From Candidatus Dormiibacterota bacterium (GTDB lineage: Bacteria; Chloroflexota; Dormibacteria; Aeolococcales; Aeolococcaceae): a stretch of DNA of 64,000 nt. The notes beneath the pieces were generated by a model, which worked only from the letters and a program-made list of their open reading frames with translations, did not search any database and was not told the origin of the DNA. Shown here piece after piece: positions 21,885 to 31,245 of this stretch. The first letter of the stretch is position 1. Each line of letters begins with the position of its first letter. The translations under genes and the position numbers were made by a program. The stretch lies in NCBI GenBank assembly GCA_963709585.1, contig CAVPXI010000021.1:64001-128000 (forward strand), given 5' to 3'.

Positions 21885-22229
21885 CTACCCGGGCGGCCAG
21901 GTCATCTGGCGTCCACCGAGCAGATGGATGTGCAGATGATCGACGGTCTGGCCGCCGCTCTTCCCTGTGTTGACGACGAGGCGGAAGCCGCTTTCGTCGA
22001 TGCCCTCGTCCTGCGCTATGGACTGCGCCACGTGGAGCATCCGTCCCCACAGTCCGTCCTGGGCGGGTGTCAGCTCCGCCACCGACTCGATGTGCTCGCG
22101 AGGGAACACGAGGACGTGGACCGGCGCCTGCGGGTTCACATCGCGGATGGCCAGCACCTGGTCGTCCTCGCGAACGAAGGTCGCCGGGAGCTCGTGTGCC
22201 GCAATGGAGCAGAAGATGCAATCGTTCAT
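21885..22229 (-). CDS. HIT family nucleotide-binding protein
   Basis: DCIFC start, HLHIH triad, WPPG end. Confidence 0.93.
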   Translation of the reverse strand: MNDCIFCSIAAHELPATFVREDDQVLAIRDVNPQAPVHVLVFPREHIESVAELTPAQDGLWGRMLHVAQSIAQDEGIDESGFRLVVNTGKSGGQTVDHLHIHLLGGRQMTWPPG

Positions 22230-23488
22230 GAGCGCAGCAGGGTAGCGCGCAGGCGGTCGCCCTCGACGCCATCGGCGCGAACCAGGTCGAGACCTCCCGG
22301 GCGAACACCGGAAACGCCTTCCACGACGACCTCGTGATACCCGGCGGTGAGACCGTGGGCGGTGCGTCCCTCCACCGCGTCCCACGCGACCTCGTGCACA
22401 CGCCCGCACGCGCGGGCGAGCGACCTCGCGCCGGAGCGTTTGGTGGCGCGGCGCACCTCGGCGCTGCGACGCCGGGCGGCCGCATCATCCACCCGTCCGG
22501 CGATCGCCGCCGCCGGGGTTCCTGGGCGCGAGGACCAGCGGAAGACGTGACCCTGGAGAAACCCAACCTCGTCGACGAGTGACAGGGTCTCGGCGTGGTC
22601 ATCCTCGGTCTCGCCGGGAAACCCCACCATGATGTCGGTGGTGAATTCGGTCGATGGGTTCACCTCGCGGAGCGCGTGCACCACCCGCAGGTACTGAGCG
22701 CGCCGATAACCTCGGTGCATCGCGCGCAGCACTCGATCGCTCCCGCTCTGAAGTGGCATATGCCAGTGAGAGCAGATCCGCGGGTGCGCGTTGAGCGCCG
22801 TCAACGCGCTGGAGACGTCGTTCGCGTTGACGCTGCTGAGCCGGATGCGCGCGCTCTCCCCGCACAGGTCGAGGAGCGATGCAAGCAGGGTCGCCAGGTC
22901 GGTACCGATGTCGCGGCCGTAGGATCCGAGGTCGACGCCGCAGAGCACGATCTCTCCATGGCCGGCGTCGATTGCGGCGCGGACGCGATCATGCACGGTG
23001 CGCGCGGGGACGCTCGACGACACGCCGCGCGCCTGCCACACGATGCAGTACGTACAGCGATGGTCGCATCCGTCCTGCACCTTGATGAAGGCACGCGAGC
23101 GCATGAGCGGGGCATGGTGCGCCGGGTCGCTCCGTCGCGACATCGCGAGAACGTGGTCCGCGATCTCGTCCTTGTCACGATTGGCAAAGATCGAGTCGAC
23201 GGTGGTGTACGCGCCGGGGTTTGCGTCGACGCTGCAGCCGGTGAGGACCAGGTGCGCCTCGGGGTCCAGACGGCGGAGCCGGCGAAGACGCTGGCGGGTC
23301 GTGGCGTCCGCCTGCGCGGTGACCGTGCATGAGTTGAGCACGCGGACATCGGCGGTCTCGTGCTCCGGGACGACATCGCACCCGCCTGCAGCCAGCTTGC
23401 CCGCAAGCTCGGCCATCTCCGCGAAGTTCACCTTGCAGCCGAGCGCGGTGATCGCGACCCGCAGCGGGCGATCAGCAGGCGAGCTCAT
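22226..23488 (-). CDS. mtaB: tRNA methylthiotransferase, MtaB-like
   Basis: LGCKVN, NSCTVT, KVQDGCDHRCTYC, LQSGSD; rsmE-mtaB-hit context. Confidence 0.88.
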   Translation of the reverse strand: MSSPADRPLRVAITALGCKVNFAEMAELAGKLAAGGCDVVPEHETADVRVLNSCTVTAQADATTRQRLRRLRRLDPEAHLVLTGCSVDANPGAYTTVDSIFANRDKDEIADHVLAMSRRSDPAHHAPLMRSRAFIKVQDGCDHRCTYCIVWQARGVSSSVPARTVHDRVRAAIDAGHGEIVLCGVDLGSYGRDIGTDLATLLASLLDLCGESARIRLSSVNANDVSSALTALNAHPRICSHWHMPLQSGSDRVLRAMHRGYRRAQYLRVVHALREVNPSTEFTTDIMVGFPGETEDDHAETLSLVDEVGFLQGHVFRWSSRPGTPAAAIAGRVDDAAARRRSAEVRRATKRSGARSLARACGRVHEVAWDAVEGRTAHGLTAGYHEVVVEGVSGVRPGGLDLVRADGVEGDRLRATLLRS

Positions 23489-24255
23489 GCTGGCGGTGAT
23501 GCTGCCGCCGCTGCATCGAGGTCACCGGCCCGGGCGAGGAGCAGCGAGGTGGCCACCGCCCCGGCAAGCCGGCTCGGCAGGGTGCGCGGGCCGAGATGAA
23601 CGGTGATGGCTCCGGCGTCGTCGAGAACGCTGAGGTCGGTGACGTCGAGGCCGCCCTCGGGGCCGATCACCAATCCGACGTCCGCGGGCGCCGCCGGGAC
23701 GGCGCGCAGGATCGGCGCCGCGTCCTGACGGATCACGCACGCGAGGATCCGGGTGCCGGCGGGCAGCGCGACCAGGGCTTCTCGCAGCGGGAGGATCGAG
23801 TGCACGTCAGGGGGGGCGGCGCGCCCGGCGAGTTGCGCGGCCTCCCGGGCGATCAGCCGCCAGCGCTCAAGCCGGTGGACGACCCGGGAAGGGTCGGGAC
23901 GGGAGACCGTCCGGTGGGTGAGGACGGGTCGAATCGTCGCCGCACCCGCCTCGGTGAGCGCCTCGACGGTCGCGTCCATCGCCTGCGCGGGAACCGCCTG
24001 GAGGACGTGCACGGCGAGCCGCGGTTCCCCGTCAACCGCCCTGCTCCAGGCGATCGTTCCGCTGACGCGCGTCGGCGTCACCTCGTCCAGCTTCAGCCCG
24101 TGCTCGACCCGGCCGGCCTCGACGATCACGATCGTCTCGCCGACCTGCGCGCGAAGCGCGCGCGAGAGATGGTTGGCATCATTCCCCGTCAAGGTGGCAC
24201 GGCCGCCCGCGACTTGGTCGGGTTCGACGAAGAATCGAGGCACGGCAGCGTGCAT
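23485..24255 (-). CDS. rsmE: 16S rRNA m3U1498 methyltransferase
   Basis: PRFF, HLSRALR and IGPEGG motifs; C-terminal LGPRTL variant. Confidence 0.85.
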   Translation of the reverse strand: MHAAVPRFFVEPDQVAGGRATLTGNDANHLSRALRAQVGETIVIVEAGRVEHGLKLDEVTPTRVSGTIAWSRAVDGEPRLAVHVLQAVPAQAMDATVEALTEAGAATIRPVLTHRTVSRPDPSRVVHRLERWRLIAREAAQLAGRAAPPDVHSILPLREALVALPAGTRILACVIRQDAAPILRAVPAAPADVGLVIGPEGGLDVTDLSVLDDAGAITVHLGPRTLPSRLAGAVATSLLLARAGDLDAAAAASPPA

Positions 24256-24288
24256 GGTGCGGCACCCGCTGCCCGCTATGGTGGTCGC

Positions 24289-25179
24289 GTGGCCGAGGCG
24301 CATCTCACCGCGCGAACAGCCGACGGCGTCGGCCTGTCGGTCGTGGTCACCGGTGACGGCGACCCGCTGCTGCTCATCCCCGGCCTCGGCGCGGGCCGCT
24401 CGGCGTTCAATCCGATCGTCCCCGACCTCGCGAGGGCCCATCGGATCATCACCTTCGACCCCCGCGGGATCGGCGAGTCCGAGGGCGGCGCCAATGCGAC
24501 GATGACCGCGATGGGCCTGGACGCGGTCGCGGTGCTCGACGCGGCGGGTGTCGCATCCGCCGCGGTGTTCGGCGCCTCGATGGGCGGCCTGGTCGCGCAA
24601 CACATGGTGGTCGATCACCCCGATCGGATCGCCGACCTCATCCTCGCCGCCACGTCCCCCGGGGGCGACCATGGCGTCGATCCCAGGCCCGAGGACCAGG
24701 CGGCGCTCCTCGGCAAGGGCGCGCGAACCCCGGAGGAGGCGTACAGGATGGCGTGCACGGTCCTGTACTCACCGCAGTTTCAGCGCACGCACGCGGACTT
24801 CATCGAGGCGCAGATCCGCGAGCGCGCGCTCCACCCGGTGCGCCCGCGCGTGTTCTCGGCTCAGTTCAAGGCCATGTGGCAACCGGATGACTCATTCGAG
24901 CGTTTGGCATCCGTGGCGGTTCCCACGCTCGTCCTGCACGGCACCGAGGACGTGGTCACCCCGTTCGAGAACGCGCGCATCCTCGCGGGCCGGATCCCCG
25001 GCGCGACTCTGCGCCCGTTCGAGGGATGCGGCCATCTGTTCTTTCACGAGCGCCCCACCGAGACCGCGCGCGTGGTGAGCGAGCACCTCCGGCGCGCCGG
25101 ACCGCGTGCTGGTCAGCTTTCGTCGTCGGAGGCCGTGTCCTCCTCGCCGTCCGGCAAGTCGTCGGCCGACGCCTCCTGA
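24289..25179 (+). CDS. Alpha/beta hydrolase
   Basis: FDPRGIG, GASMGG nucleophile elbow, HGTED, GHL; -10 TATGGT 6 nt before the GTG. Confidence 0.88.
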   Translation: MAEAHLTARTADGVGLSVVVTGDGDPLLLIPGLGAGRSAFNPIVPDLARAHRIITFDPRGIGESEGGANATMTAMGLDAVAVLDAAGVASAAVFGASMGGLVAQHMVVDHPDRIADLILAATSPGGDHGVDPRPEDQAALLGKGARTPEEAYRMACTVLYSPQFQRTHADFIEAQIRERALHPVRPRVFSAQFKAMWQPDDSFERLASVAVPTLVLHGTEDVVTPFENARILAGRIPGATLRPFEGCGHLFFHERPTETARVVSEHLRRAGPRAGQLSSSEAVSSSPSGKSSADAS

Positions 25180-26744
25180 CGTCCGCCGGCGGGTTCCGCG
25201 ACGGCGGCACGCACCGGCACCAGCTGAGCCGGCGCGGTGGCGGTGGCGGTCGTCTCCCGGATCACGGTCACCTTGATCACCCCCGGATATTGCATCTCGG
25301 ATTCGATCTCCCGGGCGATCTCGCTGGTCAGCGGCGGCATGTCCGTGTCCTTGACCTGCGACGCCTTGACGAACACGCGAAGCTCTCGACCGGCCTGGAG
25401 CGGAAACGCGCGGTCAACTCCATCGTGACGCGTGGCGATCGTCTGCAGCTGTTCGAGGCGGAGCAGGTAGGTCGCCAGCGTGTCGCGCCGGGCGCCGGGG
25501 CGGGACGCGGAGATCGCATCCGCGCAGATCGTGAGCATCGCGAGGTCGGTTGACGGTTCCTCGTCGAAGTGGTGGGCCTTGACCGCATGGACGATGCCCG
25601 GGTCGACGCCGAGCACCCTGAGCAGCTCGCCGCCGATGATCGCGTGCACCCCCTCGACGTCGTGGTCGACCGCCTTCCCGATGTCGTGGAGCATTCCGGC
25701 TTCGCGGGCCGCACTCTGAGGCAAACCCAGTTCGGCGGCGAGGACGCCGCAGAGATGCCCGGTCTCCTCGCAGTGCAGGAGCGCGTTCTGCCCGTACGAG
25801 AAGCGGTGGTGGAGGGTGCCCACCAGCTCGGCGAGCTCGGGACGACCCTCGATCTGCATGACCCACAGCGCACGCTCACCGACCTCGACGACGCGGCGCT
25901 GGGTGGTGCGACGCGCCCGCTGGATGAGCGGGGGGACCTCGGCCGCCTGCATGCGACGGTCGACGACCTCGAGAGCGGCCTGGCGCGCGATCTCGCGTCC
26001 GATCGGATCCACGGTCCGCAGCGTCGCCTGGTGCTTCTCGGTGTCGATGCCGAGCTCCGCGCCCGTCTGCTCGGCGATCACCGCGAGCGCCGAGAGCACG
26101 CGCTCCTGCGCGTGGTCGTCGAGACCTTCGAGCGAGAAGGGAGAGATCCTTGGCGCGCTGTCGACGTTGGAGGCGTCCTGCCGCTCCACCGCCTGCAGGA
26201 TCAGGTCGTTCGCGCTCGTCTCGACCCGATCGCCGACGATGTCCGCGACCGTCGCCTCGACGAGGGCGGCTCGCTCCGCGGCGAGCTCAGACTGAACCCG
26301 CTCCAGCACCATCAGGGCAGCGGCGTCGCGGTCGAGCGCAGCCTTGGCGCGCAGGTTCTCCTCGATCTGAGCACCCTGCTCGGCGACGCGCGCACGCCGT
26401 TCCTCGATCTCGTCGCGGCGCTTGCGATAGGCGAAGCGGCGCTCGTCGAAGATCTCGCGGCGCTCCCGGAGATGCTTGTGGCGCTCGGCGATGACCGCCT
26501 CCCGGCCCTCGACCGCGACCAGCCGTTCGTTGACCTCTTCCATGGCCGCTTCGTGCAGGTGCAACGCGGCGGTGCGGGCCTCGGCGATCAGCGTGCCGGC
26601 GGACTGGTTGGCGTCGGTCAGGCTGGGGCTGACCAAAGGCGCCGGCGAGCTTTCCCCGGGTCCTCGGCGCGCATTGAGCACGGCGATCGCGCCGACGGCG
26701 GCCAGAATCACGGCGATGACGATCAGGACGGCTGGGATGGTCAT
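25113..26744 (-). CDS. rny: RNase Y-like protein (TM, coiled coil, degenerate KH, HD domain)
   Basis: [45 protein letters not shown]. Confidence 0.85.
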   Translation of the reverse strand: MTIPAVLIVIAVILAAVGAIAVLNARRGPGESSPAPLVSPSLTDANQSAGTLIAEARTAALHLHEAAMEEVNERLVAVEGREAVIAERHKHLRERREIFDERRFAYRKRRDEIEERRARVAEQGAQIEENLRAKAALDRDAAALMVLERVQSELAAERAALVEATVADIVGDRVETSANDLILQAVERQDASNVDSAPRISPFSLEGLDDHAQERVLSALAVIAEQTGAELGIDTEKHQATLRTVDPIGREIARQAALEVVDRRMQAAEVPPLIQRARRTTQRRVVEVGERALWVMQIEGRPELAELVGTLHHRFSYGQNALLHCEETGHLCGVLAAELGLPQSAAREAGMLHDIGKAVDHDVEGVHAIIGGELLRVLGVDPGIVHAVKAHHFDEEPSTDLAMLTICADAISASRPGARRDTLATYLLRLEQLQTIATRHDGVDRAFPLQAGRELRVFVKASQVKDTDMPPLTSEIAREIESEMQYPGVIKVTVIRETTATATAPAQLVPVRAAVAEPAGGRQEASADDLPDGEEDTASDDES

Positions 26745-26769
26745 GGGTTGAGGAGCTATCGGGGGACGG

Positions 26770-27684
26770 TCAGGCGCTGACCGCCAGGTCGAATGGGTCG
26801 CTTGCCTCGGCGATGAGCCGCTGGGCGAAGAGGTTGGCGGCGGGAGGCAGGGTGCGTCGCCGGTCCCAGCAGAGGGCCATGGTACGCGCGATGGGCGGAT
26901 CGCGAAGCGGGATCACCGCCACCCGGGTGCTCGGTACCGGCAGCGGCATGGGCATGAGCGTCGTGCCCAGACCGGCCTCGACCAGCCCCTGGACGATCGT
27001 GAAGTCGTCCCCCTCGTAGGCGACGTGGGTGGTCAACCCCTGGGCGGCGAAGGCGGAGTCGATCACCCGCCGGAGCCCGCTTCGGGATCGGGGCAGGATC
27101 AGGGGCTCACCGGCGACGTCCTCGAGGGTGCACGAACTCCGCCCCACCAGGCGGTGGTTGGTCGGGACCACGACGGCGACGCGCTCCCGGAAGAGGGGAT
27201 GGATCTCGAGGTCGGCGACCCCGGTTGGCGGCGGCCCGAGGATGCCGAGGTCGTAGTCGCCGCCAAGGACGCCGCTCATGACCTCTGCGGCCGTGCCCTC
27301 CTCGAGGGTGAAGCGGACTGCCGGATAGCTCTCGAGGAATCGGGCGAGGCGCTCCGGAAGCCAGCGCGCGCCGACGGTGTGGAGGAACGCCACGCAGACC
27401 CGGCCGCTCTCGGCCGCCACTGCTCCCTCGGCTTCGGCGATGGCGTCGCGCAGGTCGTCGAGGATGCGCTCGGCACGCCCGACGAGGCGCCGCCCGGCCT
27501 GGGTCAGGCGGATGTTCCGGCCGATCCGTTCGAAGAGCAGCACCCCGACCTCCTGTTCCAGCCGGGCGATCTTTCGGGATACCGTTGATTGATCAGCCTG
27601 CAGCGCTTCGGCCGCGCGGCTGAGATGTTCGACTTTGGCGACTTCGACAAAAGTGCGGAGAAGATCGGCATTGATGCGGTCCAT
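26770..27684 (-). CDS. LysR-family regulator
   Basis: N-terminal HTH AAEAL..DQSTVSR.I.RLE..LFER; substrate-binding domain LVEAGLG. Confidence 0.93.
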   Translation of the reverse strand: MDRINADLLRTFVEVAKVEHLSRAAEALQADQSTVSRKIARLEQEVGVLLFERIGRNIRLTQAGRRLVGRAERILDDLRDAIAEAEGAVAAESGRVCVAFLHTVGARWLPERLARFLESYPAVRFTLEEGTAAEVMSGVLGGDYDLGILGPPPTGVADLEIHPLFRERVAVVVPTNHRLVGRSSCTLEDVAGEPLILPRSRSGLRRVIDSAFAAQGLTTHVAYEGDDFTIVQGLVEAGLGTTLMPMPLPVPSTRVAVIPLRDPPIARTMALCWDRRRTLPPAANLFAQRLIAEASDPFDLAVSA

Positions 27685-27691
27685 GCATCAA
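27671..27691. promoter_or_regulatory. Probable LysR binding site
   Basis: Perfect TTGATGC-N7-GCATCAA containing T-N11-A, overlapping the LysR start codon. Confidence 0.7.
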
Positions 27692-27704
27692 TCTCACCCT
27701 AAAT

Positions 27705-28229
27705 GTGCTGTTGATGTCAATGAGCACACCGGGTAGGCTAGGCAACGTGATACGAGAACCCGAGGTACTGGATCGTAGTCAGGTAGTCGACCCGGGGCTT
27801 CTCATCGAGAGCGCCACCGAAGAGGTGCACGCCGCCCGCCGCAGGCATCGCCGCGAGGTTGTCGAGCGGACCCGTCTGCGCCGGCTGGTCGAGCGGGTCG
27901 ACAGCGCAATCGAGCTCTGCGAGGAAACCCACCTCCAGGGCATCAAAGAGGTCCCCTCGGATGTCGCGGAACGGGCGCACAAGGTGTTCGTCTTCGCACG
28001 CGGCGCCGTCCGGAAGACCGGCGACGTCGACGCACTCTCCACGGTCGAGACAGCCCTCGCGCGCCGTCAGGTCAAGATCACCGAGGTCATGGACATCCTC
28101 TGGACGATTCAGGAGGTCGTGTTCGACCTGATGCTCCCCTGGCGGACGCAGCTTCCCGAGGATGTCGAGCCCGAGGGCGACGAGGCGTCGTTGGTGGGTT
28201 TCTGGAGAGAGTTCCGCCTCCACCCGTAA
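27705..28229 (+). CDS. Hypothetical helical protein divergent from LysR
   Basis: Host-like codon usage; start uncertain (27705, 27720 or 27747). Confidence 0.65.
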   Translation: MLLMSMSTPGRLGNVIREPEVLDRSQVVDPGLLIESATEEVHAARRRHRREVVERTRLRRLVERVDSAIELCEETHLQGIKEVPSDVAERAHKVFVFARGAVRKTGDVDALSTVETALARRQVKITEVMDILWTIQEVVFDLMLPWRTQLPEDVEPEGDEASLVGFWREFRLHP

Positions 28230-28245
28230 ACGCCACAATCCGCGG

Positions 28246-29544
28246 ATGGAGTCGCGAGTTGCGGTCGATCGGATGGTGGTCACGGGGCATCGGATCGATG
28301 TTCCGCTGGACTGGAATGAGCCTTCGGGGGCGACGATCAGTGTCCATGCGCGCGAAGTTGTCGCGGCGGAGCATGCGGATGATGCGAAGCGTCCGGCGAT
28401 CGTGTGGTTTCAGGGCGGCCCGGGACACGAGGTCGCGTTTCCTGATCAGCGTGGGAGCTGGCTCGCGCAGCTGTTGACGCGGTATCGGGTGCTGCTGCTC
28501 GACCAGCGAGGCACGGGGTTGAGCACACCGCTCGAGGCACGTTCGCTGCCGTTCTCCGACCCGGTGGCGTTGGGTGACTACCTGCGCAACTTCCGCCAGG
28601 ACTCGATCGTGCGCGACGCTGATCGTCTGCGCGCGGTTCTCTATGGAGCGGACACGGACTGGTATGTCTTCGGACAGAGCTTCGGTGGATTTTGCTCGCT
28701 GACATATCTGTCGCTGCTGCCCGAGCACATCCGGGGGGTGATCATCACCGGCGGCTTCGCTCCAGTGCTGAATGAGACCGAGGAGATCTGTACCCGGCTG
28801 TTCAATCACGTGGCCACCCGCAACGCGGACTACTACGCACGCTTTCCCGATGACGCAGCGCGGGTGCGCCGGATCGTCGATCATCTCGAGACCGGCAACG
28901 AGGTCGACGGGCGGGGCCAGCAACTCAGCGCGCGCCGCTTTCTCATGCTCGGTATCAAGCTCGGTCTCCAGCACGGGGCTGCCGAGCTGCACGGCATCAT
29001 CGAGCGCGCCGACAACGATCTCGAACAGCTGCGCACGCTCAGCGGCGTCGTCCACGCGCATGTCGCTGCGACGATGTCACCTGCGACGAATCCCATCTAC
29101 ACGGTGCTGCACGAAGCCGCGTACTCCAACGGCCCGGCGACGCGCTGGGCGGCGGAGCGTGCGCGGCTCGCCGATCCGCGCTACGCCCTCGACGCGCAAC
29201 CGGTGCCGTACTTCACGGGGGAGGCCGTGTTCCCGTGGATGCTGGACGAACTTCGCGAGCTGCAGCCGCTGCGCGACGTCGCCGACGTGCTGGCGGAGCA
29301 TGAGGGCTGGCCGCGCCTCTATGACATACCGCGACTGCGGGCGAACACCGTCCCTGTTGTCGGCACCGTGTACTGGGACGACGAGTATGTGGAGCGGACC
29401 ATGGCGCTCGAGACGGTTTCGCTGCTGGGCAACTGCCGTCCGTGGATCACCAACGAGTACGAGCACGGTGCGTATCGCGTCGACCCTTCGCGCGTGGCCG
29501 ATCGGCTGTTCTCGATGCTCGATGACCTCACCGCACGCGGGTAG
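28246..29544 (+). CDS. pip: Proline iminopeptidase (S33)
   Basis: QGGPG, DQRGTGLS, GQSFGG, WITNEYEH; CACAAT 6 nt before the ATG. Confidence 0.88.
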   Translation: MESRVAVDRMVVTGHRIDVPLDWNEPSGATISVHAREVVAAEHADDAKRPAIVWFQGGPGHEVAFPDQRGSWLAQLLTRYRVLLLDQRGTGLSTPLEARSLPFSDPVALGDYLRNFRQDSIVRDADRLRAVLYGADTDWYVFGQSFGGFCSLTYLSLLPEHIRGVIITGGFAPVLNETEEICTRLFNHVATRNADYYARFPDDAARVRRIVDHLETGNEVDGRGQQLSARRFLMLGIKLGLQHGAAELHGIIERADNDLEQLRTLSGVVHAHVAATMSPATNPIYTVLHEAAYSNGPATRWAAERARLADPRYALDAQPVPYFTGEAVFPWMLDELRELQPLRDVADVLAEHEGWPRLYDIPRLRANTVPVVGTVYWDDEYVERTMALETVSLLGNCRPWITNEYEHGAYRVDPSRVADRLFSMLDDLTARG

Positions 29545-29548
29545 GCGC

Positions 29549-30019
29549 TCAGAGATCCTTCTTCATCCGGATCGACGTTTCGCGATAGCCGAGGCTTAGG
29601 TATAGGTCCCGGGCAACCTTGTTGTGGCCGAACACGTTGAGCGCCAGCGCGCGTAGCCCGTACCGCTTCGCCTCCTCCTCCGCGAGTTGCATCGCCTCGC
29701 GTCCGTAGCCGCGCCCCCGGAAAGTCTCGTCCACCTCGATGTTGTAGATGAAGCCCACACCTACGTCGCCTAATGGGTGCTGTAGCGAGAGCCAGAGCCA
29801 GCCCACCGCCTGGTTCTCGACGTCCAGGCGGAAGATCAACTGTCCAGGAGTGTCGAGTCCTTGAGGCAAGACCTCCGCGTCTTCGCGTCGCGCTTGTTCC
29901 TCAGCGACGGCGCGACTGAGGCCTCCCGACGCGACGATCTCGTCGATGTATCCCTCGAGTTCCTGCACTGACCAGGCAGCGTACTCATCGGGCGTGGGAC
30001 GGCGAAGGGTGACGTTCAT
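29549..30019 (-). CDS. GNAT acetyltransferase
   Basis: RGRGYG motif A, LNVFGHN..A..LY. Confidence 0.9.
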   Translation of the reverse strand: MNVTLRRPTPDEYAAWSVQELEGYIDEIVASGGLSRAVAEEQARREDAEVLPQGLDTPGQLIFRLDVENQAVGWLWLSLQHPLGDVGVGFIYNIEVDETFRGRGYGREAMQLAEEEAKRYGLRALALNVFGHNKVARDLYLSLGYRETSIRMKKDL

Positions 30020-30227
30020 CGCGCTGCTCCATTCCTTTCCCTATGCGCTCGTCGTCGCGGATGCGGATTCGAGGCGGGGCGATGATAGCCATCTGACTGC
30101 ACAAGATGCGAGCACCTTCGACCGGCCGCCCACATTGCCAAGGTGTTGAGCGCATATCGGTTGTCGTCGTCTTCGTGATCTGCGCAAGCAACTGGCGCCG
30201 CATGCGGTCGGTATCTTGCCGCTGGAG

Positions 30228-30248
30228 CGAACATCTGTTTGCTATAAT
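30228..30248 (+). promoter_or_regulatory. LexA (SOS) box next to a TATAAT -10 element
   Basis: CGAACATCTGTTTG at 30228-30241, then TATAAT at 30243-30248 and ATG at 30255. Confidence 0.8.
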
Positions 30249-30254
30249 ATTCAA

Positions 30255-31245
30255 ATGCAAAACCTCGGCGCTGTTGAACTTCAGGAGCGCGTCGGCGTGC
30301 TTGCGGCGCGCATCAACGCCGCTACAGCGGAACTGGTACAGCTGAGCGCAAACCTCGACACCGGCCCGTGGGCGGAAATCGGCGTGCGGTCGTGCGCGCA
30401 TTGGCTGTCGATCAACATCGGGTGCGACGTCTGGAACGGTGGAGAGATGGTTCGCGCGGGCCACGCACTCGAGGAACTCCCGGTGCTCAAAGCCGCATTC
30501 GCAGAGGGCCGGTTGTCCTTTGACAAGGTCCGAGCCGTCACGAAAGTCGCGACGCCAGACGATGACGAGATGTGGTGCCTAGTGGCACTGCACGCGTCCG
30601 GAGCTCAGCTCGCGCGCATCTGCCGAGGTGTCAAGCAGGCGCTTGATGCCGATGATCCTCGCCGCGCCGGCGACGCCCTTCTCAACCGCCGGCGTCCGGA
30701 CGTGGTGGCGTGACGACGGAATGTTGCAGTTGATGGCTGTGCTTCCCCGCGAAGACGGTGCCGTGGTCGTGGCTGCGCTCGAGGCGGCGGCACACCTGGT
30801 CGCGACGGAACAACGGCACGTCCCCTCTCCGGATCAACCGGAACTCGCTGCCGAGCACCGCACGCATCCGATGCTGCGCGCAGACGCTCTGTTTCGCCTG
30901 TGCGAGACGTGGATCGTGGCGGATGCAACTGTCCCGGTTGTCGCGCCCACGACGCAGGTCGTCGTCCACGTCGACGCTGACGCGTTGAGCGGCAATTTCA
31001 CCGGTGGGCGGTCGCACATTGAGAACGGTCCGTGGCTCTCGCCTGCCGCGGCGCGGTGGCTCAGTTGCGACGCGGACGTCGTCACCGTGACCGAGCGCGA
31101 TGGGCTGCCCCCCGCGATGGCGGTGCGCCGTACAGCCGGGAGTACGCCGTGTCGGCGCTCGCGGACGCCTGTGTCTTTGTGCGTGCCGCCGGCGCGGCGG
31201 CAAGAGCGGGTCCGGCGTAGTCTGGCCGCGGCGCGGCGATCCTAA
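30255..31245 (+). pseudogene. DUF222 / 13E12-like protein lacking its HNH domain; frameshift near 30690
   Basis: RSCAHWLS, LP.L..AFAEGRLSFDKVRA, RADAL, VVVHVD, CDA; no HNH motif follows. Confidence 0.75.
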
